A stretch of 64,000 nucleotides of DNA, taken from Hamiltosporidium tvaerminnensis FI-OER-3-3. Taxonomy: Eukaryota > Fungi > Microsporidia. Under the pieces are notes generated by a model, which saw only the letters and a program-made list of their open reading frames with translations, did no database searches and was not told where the DNA came from. The position numbers and the translations under genes were made by a program. The stretch lies in NCBI GenBank assembly GCA_022605425.2, contig CM061253.1, forward strand, positions 558,001 through 622,000, written 5' to 3'. The stretch's first letter is position 1. The number at the start of each line of letters is the position of its first letter. Positions 22,796 to 34,299 of this stretch are shown in pieces.

Positions 22796-25110
22796 CAGAG
22801 CTCTCCAAACCACCGCCCGCAGACACATTTCATGAGCCTGCAGTATGCCATACAGAAATTCCCTCTACTTAGCCCTAAATTTTTTTATTGGAGAGTGGGT
22901 GTTTCTTTAAGCTAAAAAAATGATAAAATTCCCGTATAGTATACAAAAAAATTACAATTACAAATAATTTTTATTATCAATTCGTAATACAAATAAATTT
23001 TATTTGGTTTTTAACATCTTTCTGACAATATTTTTATTATTATTTTATACAAAAATAAAAATAATCGGTGGCATAATTTATTATTAGTGAGAATGATGTA
23101 GTTTAAATTTATCCCTAATATTATCTTGAAACCGTGGTTCTAATTTACTAGTAGAAATTGTCTTTAAAGATAGCAACGGCTTATCTGTTACTTTGGATAT
23201 GTAAATATTCTTTGTGTATTTCATTTAGAGAATATTTTTTTCACATAGATAGGTAATACCGAAAGCGTAAATAAATCACGAGCTAACTTATGAACGTTAT
23301 TAAATTATATAGAGCGAAGACACTTATTAAATCCCTCATATGATGACTATAAATATTTTTCTTCGGAAATATTCTCTCATTTTACATCAATTATTTCCAA
23401 TTAAAGCTTCTGAGCGAGAGTTTCGGCATTAGTAGCGGTAAAAAGTTTTTGGAAAATTTTAATATTGTTTGCTGCCAAATCGAAATCAGAAGGACGATAA
23501 TCGCAATCTATTTTCGGAATATTCAAAGTTTCTAATGCAAACTCTATTGGAAATGCTGTCTCCGTTTGTTCACTGAATATTTGGCACGTAAAAAATAAGT
23601 GAATTTTTTTTTTGGAATTTGAAAAAATTTAAAGAAAGTATTTTCTGTGACTGTATGTTTCAGGCAGTATCTGTTTTTTCATTGCAATTTTAAATTGATA
23701 TGATTCATATATTTGGTTAAATCTGCTTAAAAATATAATTTTCATAGTCATTCATTACTTTGTAACTCAACAAAGAGGAAATTTCTTTGATATAAAAGTA
23801 TTTCGATGAGTTTTCTACGTCTAACAAACTGCGTCAAACCTTTTCCAAAGCTGAGCTACCGAATTGCAGTAATATATACTAAATCATTTTCTCTGATTTC
23901 TTCAATAAAATCACAAAATTAACGATGATTGGGTGGATGTGATTTTATATAGTTAACAGTTGATATTAAGTGAAGAAAGAATAAGCACATTAAAAACTTT
24001 CTGCTTGGTAATAAATGAATACAAGTTGAATCTAAATCATTGCTGTCATTGTGGTTGGATATAAACCACACTGGATCCATAAGACAATCCCCTTTAATTC
24101 CGAGTCACGAATGATTACAAGAAACGAATAAAATATTCGTTTGTTCATCCTCGACACTGAGAGGTAAAAAAGGAACGGAATAAGTATGTAAGTAGTTGTT
24201 GATATTACTAGTTTAAAAACCACCACATGTCTTAGCATTTCCAGCATAACTACTGTTGATGAATACTACAATGATTATCAATGGTTTGGAATCACTGCAA
24301 TTTTCTGCTGCTTTACATACAAGAGCGACCCACATTTATTTTTTATATTCATATATTTTCCGACATAAGTTGGAATACACTTCAAGTTTTTACATCAAGG
24401 TTATTCTTTGCAATAGATTTTTCGACTTAGTAAAAATATCTTGCCAGTACTTATTTGTGAATACTTAGAATATCTAAAAGCTCTTTATATACTTCATGAT
24501 TTGGATCAACTTCTTGAATAAAAATCAAAACGTTAGCTATATTCGAAATATCTGTTGAGTCATACAAAGTCGTATAAACAATTCTAGGGTTGGGTTCTTG
24601 TCAAAAAAATTTTTGATTATATTACTTGCCCTGTCATATACTCTCCTCGCTATTGTTTTGACCGAAAAACTGATTTTTTTAAATGATTCATTTTTTCTAG
24701 GGACATTTCTAATGCTGACCAATAATACATCTTCGACAAATTCACCGTCCTTGCTCATGTTTACCACGTTTTATAATATATAAGTCACATGTAAAATAGC
24801 TCGGGGTTACTGCTTCTTGGCCAGCATTTACTTTCCTTAACAACGATTTTTGAGTTTTTTACACGCATTTAAAGTTTGGACCCTGTAATTATAGACTTCC
24901 AGTAAATTTAGAGTAATTCATATAATTTTTTTTTGACAATGACGTTTTATATTGTATTCTTTAATTACCGAAATGGATTACTACAAATAAAACATATTAC
25001 TATATTGCTTGATTAAATAACAAATTACTAGCACCCTATTTGTTTTTTAAAGATTGAGAATTCATTACTTATCTTTCTCTTTTTTCCTTATTCATATTTA
25101 TTCAAATAGA
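22796..25110 (-). mobile_element. Buster-type hAT transposon with pseudogenised transposase (GTF2IRD2/EPM2AIP1-like)
   Basis: Minus-strand fragments in the expected order: VICFIC..SVIKEYNIKRH (~24940-25010), DGEFVED..ISFSVKTIARR (24537..24767), HCSIHQQ*LC (~24250), TAIR*LSFGK (~23850), GITYLCEK.FSKMK (~23240). TIR CAGAGCTCTCCAAAC at 22796 is preceded by attTAtat (nnnTAnnn target). Other end not resolved. Confidence 0.88.
23970..24197 (+). mobile_element. SINE-like family B, full length, inserted into the hAT transposase
   Basis: Shared head gtgaagaaagaataagcacattaaaaactttctgcttgg; tail taagtatgtaagta; flanking direct repeat gttgatatta at 23959-23968 and 24198-24207. Confidence 0.8.
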
Positions 25111-25276
25111 GGAAATAAAAAAAATGAAATAAGAATATAGTATGGTAACATTAAAATTTTCAATAAAAATAAAATAAGAATACAGTTTGATTAACGTTAA
25201 AATTTTTTGCAAAAAAATAAAATTAATAAATTTCTTTTAAGCGCTGTTTAACTACCAAGAAGAAAACAAGCAAATA

Positions 25277-26007
25277 TCTTTATTTAAAAGTTTTACATCT
25301 TTTTAAAATAGTGGCAAGTGTTATATTTGTTTTCATGACATTACGCAGTTCTAGGTTTAACATAAATGACTGCTACCCCAACACTCCATCGGTAACCCCT
25401 GCGATACCTACGTCCCAAAGCCTTTCATCTACCAGGTGTGTAGAACCTAAATAATAGGCGAGGCAGTTGCCCGGAGTTCGTTAATGTCCGTTGCATGGAG
25501 TGTGATCGAAGGCCGAAGCCCCCCCTGGGCTCCCATAAGACTTTGCAGCATTCCCACTTACTCTACACTTTCTGAACCCAATAAACTTCTGGCTAAGATA
25601 TATTTCAGAGATTTACATGGGGTCCACCTAGACAGTGCAATGTCATACCAACAGGTATAACCTGCTACTTAGCTTTCCTGGCTTTTAATGGGTTTTATTT
25701 TTATATCTCCCAGGCGCTAAGTCTTCTAACCCGAGTGAGCAAGGCTAGGTTTCCATGCTTTTACATGGCAATTACCTACATGTTCAGCTGCGGTCAGCAA
25801 TCTGGTTACATAAAAAACTACAAATAAATTTGTAGAAAAAGTTTCTCCATTTCCTAGACCTCTTCTCCTCATTACAACTCCCATGGAACAACCGAAGATG
25901 TAGTGTGGTTGTATTCCCACCAAAAATCCAAACAATGATCTTCACACCAGTTTCACACACTCATTGCCAAGCAGAAAGTTTTTTATGTGGTTATCCTCCC
26001 TCCACGT
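25277..26007 (-). mobile_element. SINE-like family A (~730 bp), young copy
   Basis: Highly similar to the reverse complement of 60330-61058. Perfect 16-bp direct repeat agaaaacaagcaaata at 25261-25276 and 26008-26023. Confidence 0.9.
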
Positions 26008-26409
26008 AGAAAACAAGCAAATAATAAAGATATTATTTTATTTTTTGTAGTGGAAAATTTTAAAGATTTTAGTTTTGATAATTTCGACATAACATAACAA
26101 CATCAATTGCAAAGTAAAGATTAAAATGAAGCTAAAAATCAATCAAAGAAAAATTATATGTTATTTTTTTACCTTAAACAATGAAAGACAGAAATAGTTG
26201 TTAAAACAGTTGCCTTTCGTAAGAAAGCTCAAGATTCGCCGCACATCGAAAAGATGATTTTTTTAAGTCTTTTTAACTAAAATTGGTTCGTATTAACAAA
26301 TTTCGAAGTCATATTTGGAATACTTTGACCCAGATCTACTTAAATATGTTTTCATGGTTAATCATACAAATATGAGTTTTTTGTTCCGATTTTGTGAGCC
26401 ATTATCACT

Positions 26410-26635
26410 TTTAGTGCAAATAGTCGAGTGATGAGAATATCTGAATTTACATTCGAAGGCCTAGGGTTTGCACCCCGGTTGCTTAATTCTTTATCTTCCG
26501 TACAAGAAAGTTTGCGTTAGAGTGACAACCAAACGAATCAAAAGAAAAATGTTTCTGAAACGCTTATAACGAAGTGAACTTTAATTCACTCGTGGATTGT
26601 GTTCCCTCTGTAGAGAAAGAAACAAGCTACCTGTT
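26410..26635 (+). mobile_element. Putative tRNA-headed SINE with RTE-derived body and tail (family C)
   Basis: Degenerate A box TAGTCGAGTGA and B-box-like GGTTTGCACCCC at tRNA-like spacing, closing gcaa/ttgc stem, then RTE-like gtttgcgttagagtgacaacc and ggattgtgttcc..gtagagaa. Confidence 0.5.
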
Positions 26636-27490
26636 TTTTTTATTACCACCTTTAAAATTAATTAAATAAGAGCAAAATAAAGATAAGATAGCTGACAGCA
26701 TGTATGTAAAGCTTCAAAAGCAAAGTATAGATTGAAACTCTATTTAACACAGTTGTTCTTTAAATGTGTCTTGAATAATTAAGCTTCTAAAAAATAACCT
26801 TTTCGACTTGACTGTAATTTTTCAAACTATACATCTCCAATTATTTTTTCTTACTTTATACTTTAAATTATTAATTTACATACAAAAGTTATTTTTAAAA
26901 AATATGGTTAATATACATGCTTATTTTTTTAATCGTATGTATGAAACTTAAAAATTTCAATCCTAAAATATTAATAATTAACATCAAAAAAATACTTTTC
27001 CGTACTTTGGAATAAAATATAATGAGTTATTGGTTAGCGAACTTTATATAGACGTCACCATGCATCCTAGGCCAAAAAGTTTAGCGACTTTTGATCTATA
27101 TTACGGTACAAAATATAGAAAGAAAATGTATTTTAAATTGTAGTAATCAATTTAAAAACATGCGAATCCTCTAGAATAGATGTATGAGTATGCTAAAATA
27201 CGGATATGAAGTAGTCAATAATAGATGGAATGATTTTTCAAAAAACCCAACGTACATAAATTTTAATTCTTTTTGCTAATGAATTTAAGAGTAACTGTCT
27301 TAGCAATTTATTATGAAATGAAAATTATTGTAGTCTGATCGATTAAAAAAAGGTTTTTAAAATCCAAATTAATCATATATTACTTGAATAATTGGTTGAA
27401 TTTTAGATTAAGGCTAGAGCAAAAAGAAAATTTTTCAGGGTTCAAATTTTTTTATTTTTAGTCCTTTTTGGCAATTTAATTTTTATTTAT

Positions 27491-29133
27491 TGTCAAGGTC
27501 CTTAGTGCCCCGTTATTTCTAATGCAGTTGTATATATTAATAACACCCTTTATTTATAATAGATATATGTTATTTGTATTATATTTCTATCCTATAATTT
27601 CCGCGTTATTCCGTATTTACTCCAGCTTCTATTGCTCCTATGATATTTCTGTATTTATATAGGCGGATTACAGTCTTTGAAACCAAACATTAAAAGGCAA
27701 TACATATACAAATAGTCTTAATGCAAAGTTTTACGGCTTGCTATTGTTTGATATTAAGACCGAATAAATGTTTTTTATTGCAATAACATGTTATGGGAAA
27801 CAATTTTCGAGCAAATGACTTTTACCAATAAATAAATTTACAAAAATAATATAATGCATTTATGATTGATTGTGTAGATCTTAGAAGATACGTTGATCAA
27901 AAAAATGAGATTATTGGACTTAGAACATAATCGACACTTATACAACGGATTTCTAGATGTTTAAGACGATGAACAAGACTTCATATTCCGAAGAAGATTC
28001 ATATAAATTTCTATTATAGTTTTGCTATTCCAGTAGCAAATAAATCCGATAATGATAAAGAATTTTAAAATTAATTTATGTAAACATATTTAACTGCTCT
28101 TAACATTCAAATAATATATGGAAGGCCACATTATTCAAAGGCTCGGGGACAAATTGAACTGATGAATCAAACATTTAAAGATGGTATGAAAAAAAGTTTT
28201 ATGTTAGGCTACAAAAATATGAATCGGTTTTAACAATTATGTTATATAAGCTTATAAAAGAACGATATATTGTGCCTCAAATAAATCATCATTACAACTT
28301 TTTAATGGCCAACTGGATTTATAATCTTCTTTCCGGTAATACGGTGACGGAGGAACTAAAAGATGATTTAGTATTTGTCGATGAAACAAGTTCTGATGTA
28401 TAACAGCAAGAAAACATGATCCGAGATATAAAGACACAATGGACTTTGGAGATTGTGTCTTGAATGTATAATGAAGTTCTTGAGCCTAAATAACTTACTT
28501 CATCTTCAACAACCAATGCTTTTGAAGTTCATATGAATATTGAAACTGATACAGAAGTAAGTAAACATTTTAAAAATATTAAAAAAGAATTATAGAAAGT
28601 AACGATTAAATAAACTAATAAGAGATCTTCTTATTGGTGATAAGGTTTTGTTAAAAAACAATTTTGACATGAATACAAAGACTAAACGCGCACCGTTTGA
28701 TTATTTTTATGATGATTCTGTCTTTACAGTAACAAATGGCTTTAGTAGTAATATGATAGAATTAGAAAACGTTAATGCTAAAAAGGAATTGTTCAGAAAG
28801 GGATAATAAAGCGGATTTAATTTAATTTTTTTCTTTTTTTAATATGTGTTATTTGTAAAATAAGAAATGTTAAGATATAGGGAAATGTTTTTATTTTTAA
28901 AATTGATTGCGATAATATTTTTGGTAGGAAAAATAAAGTTGAAAGTTTATAAACATTTATTTTCACTTGAACCCTATTATATTTAGAAACAAAATGCCTA
29001 ATATTTTAATCTGGGGACATTAAAAATGGATGAATAGAAAATATTGGGGTTATAAATATATTGAAAATAAAAGGGGGGCGTATTAGAAATAACCGGGAGC
29101 ACAAAATACATGGGTGCATTATGAAACGTGACA
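27491..29133 (+). mobile_element. Decayed Ginger-like integrase DNA transposon with TIRs
   Basis: Ends TGTCA...TGACA; inverted gtgccccgttatttctaat / attagaaataaccgggagcac. Internal fragments DCVDLRRY, SDNDKEF, GRPHYSKARGQIE. Confidence 0.8.
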
Positions 29134-29299
29134 CTTTTTAATATTCATTATTTTTTCTTTGAAATTTTTTGCGTTACCAAATATGCTTTTTTTTCGCATA
29201 ACACCGATTATTTCCTTATTAATGCATCTAAAAGCTTATTTATAGATAATATTTATGAAAACTTATTTCTAGCGTACACATTACAGATAAGATTCATAA

Positions 29300-30683
29300 T
29301 TTATTGGAAAATGTTGTTTTAAAGAATTAAAAATGTATTTAAATTTTAGATTCAATCTTTGAAACAACGAATAAAACATTTTTAAAAAAATTTAATTATT
29401 TACAGAAAATAAAAGTTACTTATAATTATTTTGATGAAGAAAATGAGAAATCTTTTATAACCAATAGCGATCTTTGTGCTACTGTGGTAGTAAAAAACTA
29501 TATTTTTGTATCGGATTTTGATGAGAAAATTCTAAAATTAATTCATTTAGAAAATTCTGTTTCAAGCCAAAATGGCAAACGTTTTATTGTAGAAACAAAT
29601 ACAATTTCAGAGGAAATAGAAGAATTTTTTTTTTAAAAAAAATATAGTTGATCTTCATATTTCATTTCATAAGACAATATTTTTTTTAATTTTAGTTTTT
29701 TTGGAACCACTAGAGAATCTTAAAACACTAAAAGTAGATTTTTTTTCGATAGTGGCAAAGCAAAACTTATTTTCTGAAGTATTGTCTTTTAATAAAATAT
29801 ACGAAATTGAGATAGAAGAATATAAAATCGATAAACAAAAAATATGTAAAATACTAAGTTTAGCAAATATTAGAAAATCAATTTTAATTGTTCATCCAAT
29901 AGAAATATTCAAGATGGATATTTTCTGCCAGATAATAATACAATTTTGGAGTTTTCCTTTTTAACCGAAGAAACCTGCGATAGTCTTTCACTTCCATTTT
30001 TGCTTAAATCCTTAAAAAATCTGGAAAAGGTGTATCTAAATGGAGATCATATCTATAAAATTCTTTTTTTAAAAAATTTTAGTTAATTCATAGCACCAAA
30101 AACTTTTAAAGTTGTGTCAATTATTTCTAAATATTCTATGAAATCTTATCAAAATTTTGATTTTGATACAGATATTACGGAAAATTTATGTTTAGGTAAT
30201 AATTTTCCAGATGGAACTATTAGAAATATATTTTTTAAAAAGAGAATGATCAGATTAAAGACTCTGAGTCTCTATGGTTTTCATATTGGAAAAAATGATA
30301 AGAAAATGTTAGGAAATTTAGAAAATTTAATATCTTTTGATATAATCAATTGTTTTTTATTGGAAAATTCATTTTCGGAATTATTTGATGAGGAAAAAAA
30401 GTATATTATAGAAGATCTGGTTTTAAATTTGGTTGATATAACCACAAATGATGTTTTTTTTATTTCTAAATTAAAAAGTTTAAAAAATTTAACACTTCTA
30501 TATTGTGAATTTATAAATTAGAGCTTTGAGAGTCTGAGGGGAATATACTTCGAAAGATTGGAGTATTATAGATTTGCTGCTATAGATTCATGCCATGATG
30601 ATGCTCAAATTGGTCATTTTACTGAAGAATTTGTGCCAAATATTTTTTCACAACAAACAGAAGAGTTATCTGTTGAAGCATAA
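29300..30683 (+). pseudogene. LRR-family pseudogene, C-terminal part
   Basis: ORF 30114..30521 (FHIGKNDK..SFSELFD..YIIEDL..DVFFISKLKSLKNLTL) is homologous to the C-terminus of 38559..40862. Frame continues past TAG to TAA 30683; upstream fragments are frameshifted. Confidence 0.8.
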
Positions 30684-30840
30684 TAAATGTGACTTTTTTT
30701 CGTACTATATTATATTTTTTAATATAAAACTTTAGTATATGACATATTTTATCTATTTTACTTCGAGTTCTACTAAGCCCTTACTTTCATTTAAACATAT
30801 CAGGAGTTTTTCATGATAATTTACTTTAAAAGAATATTTT

Positions 30841-31064
30841 TACTTACTAATTTATTTTATTCCTCTTTTACCTTTTAGTGTCGAGGATGACCAAAAGATT
30901 TTTTTCCATTTATTTCTTCTAATCATTTGGAACTCGGAATTATAAGGAATCGGCCTATAGACCTAATTGGTTTATATTCTGCCCTGATATCAACAATGAA
31001 ATCACATCAATTCTACACACTCATTGCCAAACAATAGTTTTTAATGTGATTATTCTCCCTTCAT
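30841..31064 (-). mobile_element. SINE-like family B, full length
   Basis: Shared head (+ strand cacactcattgccaaacaatagtttttaatgtgattattctcccttc), catcctcgacac 3' motif, agtaagtaa tail; imperfect flanking repeat aaga(a)atatttt. Confidence 0.78.
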
Positions 31065-31458
31065 CTTAGAAGAAATATTTTAAAGCTAAAAATATTATCT
31101 AATAATGCTAGGGAATAGTAGTTCCTTTATAGAACGTTTTTATTTATAATTTATAACACTATTGAGAATAAATGAGATGCTATCGTAGCATTGCGCCTAG
31201 ACATATAATATTTAGATTATAGTTGAGATAAATTTACTTTCCTCAAAATATACTTAATTATACAAATAGATATTTACTATATATACATAATTAATCAGAA
31301 ATTTTTTTACCAAAAACATCATAAGATCGGAAATAATTTTATGAAGGATATCGCATCTCTTTATTCAAATGCCATGGATTACATTCTTTATATACAGGTA
31401 ACGCAGTTCTAGGTTCTGCATATAACAACTTCGCGAACACTATCGATATTCTTTTGAT

Positions 31459-32917
31459 CAGAGGCCTCTAAAATACGGCCCTCGGTAGCAGTTTAGACAT
31501 TGCCTCCACCCACTTTCAAAATTTTTTTGCTGAGTGGGTGTTTGAAAAGCTAAAAATGATAAATTTCCTGTATATTATACAAAAAAAATACAGTTACTTT
31601 ATTTAAAACTATCACATTTTTTTAAAACATTGTGGCAACTGTTATATTTTTTTCATGGTATACGCGAAGTTTCGGGTTTAACTAATAACTGCTACCCCAA
31701 CACTACATTAGTACCCTCTGCGATACCTACATCCCAAAGCCTTTCGTATATCAGGTGTGTAGAACCTAATTAATAGGCGAGGCAGTTGCCCGGAGTTCGC
31801 TAATGTCTGTTGCATGATGTGTGATCGAAGCCCCCACCCCCTGGACTCCCCTAAGACTATACAGCATTCTCACTTACTCTACCCTTTCTGAACCAAATAA
31901 ACTTCTAGCTAAGATATATTTCAGAGATTTACATGGGGTTCACCTAGACGGTGAAATGTCATACAAACCGGTATAACCTGCTACTTAAATTTCCCGGCTT
32001 TTAATTGTTTTTATTTTTATATCATCCAAGCGCTAAGTCTTCTAAGCTGAGTGAGAAAGGTTAGCTTTCCATGATTTTAAATGGAAATTACCTACATGTT
32101 AAGCTGCGATCTGCGATTTATTGCATAAAAAACTAAAAAATTTATTTGTAGAAAAATTTGCTCCATTTCTTAGACCTCTCCTCCTCATAACAACTACCAT
32201 GGAGAAACAAAGATGTAGTGTGGTTTTATTCCCACCAAAAATCCAAACAATGATCTTTACACCGGTTTCACTTACTTATTGTCAAGCAGAAAGTTTTTTA
32301 AGTATTTAATCCTACCTCATCAAAAAAATTAAAGTTAAAGATAAATTTTATTATTATTTTGTAATATAAAGAAAAATTATTTGGTTCTTAACATTTTTTA
32401 TTTTATTTATATCAAAAAACCCAAATTAAATAAAAAAAATTATTTGCAGAATATATTATCACCGAGATTGATGTAGCTGAGATTTAGTACGAATCGATGT
32501 AAAAATTGGTTAAATTTACATGTAGAAATTATAAATAACTGCTTCAGGTGCTTATCTGTTAATTTAAATTTTAAATGTATTTTGTGCATTATATTTTAAA
32601 AAATATTTGTTCATGTAGTTAAGTAAAGCTGAGGCGAAAATAAACATTGAAAAGAATTTATGAATGTGATTGAATTGTGTGATTGGAAGACTTTTTGAAA
32701 TTTCAGTAATCTAGTTGAATATATTTATATAAAAATATGGCTGAATACATATTTGTTTTTTTAGACGCTTTTATCAAACTTTGATTTAAATATGGTAATA
32801 ATTTACATTTAATAAATATTTATCGGTATTTCAGTGTAAAATCAAATAAATTCTTGATCTGTGAAACTTTTTTCAGAAGTAACGTGGCCCGCGAGCCAAA
32901 TGGTTTGGCAACCCTTG
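31459..32917. mobile_element. Non-autonomous hAT (Buster-type) derivative, interrupted by a family A SINE
   Basis: Left end CAGAGGCCTCTAAAATACGGCCC and the next ~140 bp match 22796-22960. Right end GGCCCGCGAGCCAAATGGTTTGGCAACCCTTG. 8-bp flanks cttttgat / ttttagat (6/8 identical). Confidence 0.78.
31598..32320 (-). mobile_element. SINE-like family A copy
   Basis: Colinear with 25277-26007. Flanking repeats caaaaaaaatacagttac (31580-31597) and caaaaaaattaaagttaa (32321-32338), 15/18 identical. Confidence 0.88.
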
Positions 32918-32974
32918 TTTTAGATACACAAATCTCATATCTTCCATATTAAGGTTTTAAGACTAATTAAATGA

Positions 32975-33706
32975 GCAATACAGTCGTCCGAAGTTTGTCA
33001 GCCTTTGTTTCCTAAAGTGTTATCGTAGGTAAAAACTCACATTGGGCTCTCTCGAGTCTAGCAGGATTCTCACTGCGTTACACTTGCCAAACCGGGCAGA
33101 CTTCAAATAAAGTTATATCTCAGCGACTTATATGAGGTTCATCATAAAGGTTACAATGACATACAAACACGTATTAATAGCTACTTGGTCTTCTTTAATT
33201 AAAGGCGTTTAATTTATTGGATCTCATCGATTCTAAGTCTTCTAAACCAAGTAAGTAAAACCAGGCTTGCTGCTTTTACATGAAATTACCTACAAGTCTG
33301 TTGATATAGAAATTTCTAAAAAAATAATTCATTTAAATTAGATAAATTTCTACCTCATCATCAAAAAATATGCACCACTAACAAAAAAAAGAAAACAAAA
33401 CAAAAAAATAAAAGCCATAATTTAAATTCTTTATATTTTAATTATTTCCAAGCGACGATTCCTTATCCGGGATTCCGACAAAGTACAGTTGCAACTCGTA
33501 ATTTTCCTACATAAAAAATTACAAGGTAAATTTGTAGAAAAATTTCACTATTTCATGGACTTACGCTTCAATATGCAAATCCCATGCAAAAAATGAAAAC
33601 TTATTGCGATTTATTTCCGCTAAAAATACAAACAATGATTTAGCTGATCGAATCAACCTTTTCCTTCCCAAGCAAATGGGTTTTTATTTGGGTTTCTCCT
33701 TTACAC
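32975..33706 (-). mobile_element. Old, interrupted family A copy
   Basis: ctaagtcttctaaacc, gcttttacatgaaattacctaca, aaatttgtagaaaaa, caaacaatgat and ccaagcaaa are in family A order, with an insertion at ~33300-33480. Confidence 0.65.
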
Positions 33707-34299
33707 TTGATATAATATAATAATATATTTTGTATAAATCAGTGCATTGTTTGTATAATTAAGATTATAAGCATACAATTGATCTCACTAAAGATGCAAT
33801 CTGTCTTTTAAAAAAATTAGAAAATTGCAGCTTTGAAATTGTGTATCTCAATTGCACGGTTTTGATTTTTCCAGACAATAATAAGCATTAATTTAAGAGG
33901 TTTAGTTGAAGTAATAGCTTTAATCTTATATATTTGCATGAAATTTAAAGTTTTATATAAATGCAAGCAAACTACTATCTTCTGTATTTAGTAGCTTTAG
34001 GGAGTAACATCCTTTTATTTTGCTTTAAAAAGCATTTATAAATAAAGATTCGTGAGATATGGAAAAATATTAGTAAAACACAATAAAAAAATGATTTATT
34101 TAATTATTAATGCAATCACATGCCGGAAAAGACAGGAATATCTTAAAATCAAAAAGAATTTTATAAATAAACAGAATAAATTCCTTCGGAATTACATATA
34201 ATTATACATGGTGCGATAATTTTGGTATCAAAAACCCAAAGCTAAAAATCCTTTAAAAAGCTAAATCAATAATCAAATTTAATAAAAAAATATGACCTA

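Noticed and set aside
24871-24885. gtttggaccctg as the second hAT TIR
   Set aside because: Transposase N-terminal motifs continue beyond it to ~25100, so it is internal.
25590-25625. AAGATATA and TTCAGAGA(C/T)TTAC resembling group I intron S and R elements
   Set aside because: Wrong order and directly adjacent; TSD-flanked dispersal does not fit an intron.
25720-25740. CTAACCC in family A as a telomerase RNA template
   Set aside because: It lies on the strand opposite the inferred transcript, is only 7 nt, and is mutated in other copies.
25726-25935. Similar 69-77 aa ORFs in family A copies (also 60375..60608, 60507..60716, 32121..32309, 57736..57918, 63210..63563)
   Set aside because: Non-ATG starts in several cases, frames not preserved across older copies, no recognisable domain; explained by repeat similarity.
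25277-26007. Helitron/Helentron or MITE interpretation of family A (short TGGCAA/TTGCCA near both ends, terminal hairpin)
   Set aside because: The inverted match is only ~6 bp, and long TSDs contradict rolling-circle or cut-and-paste insertion.
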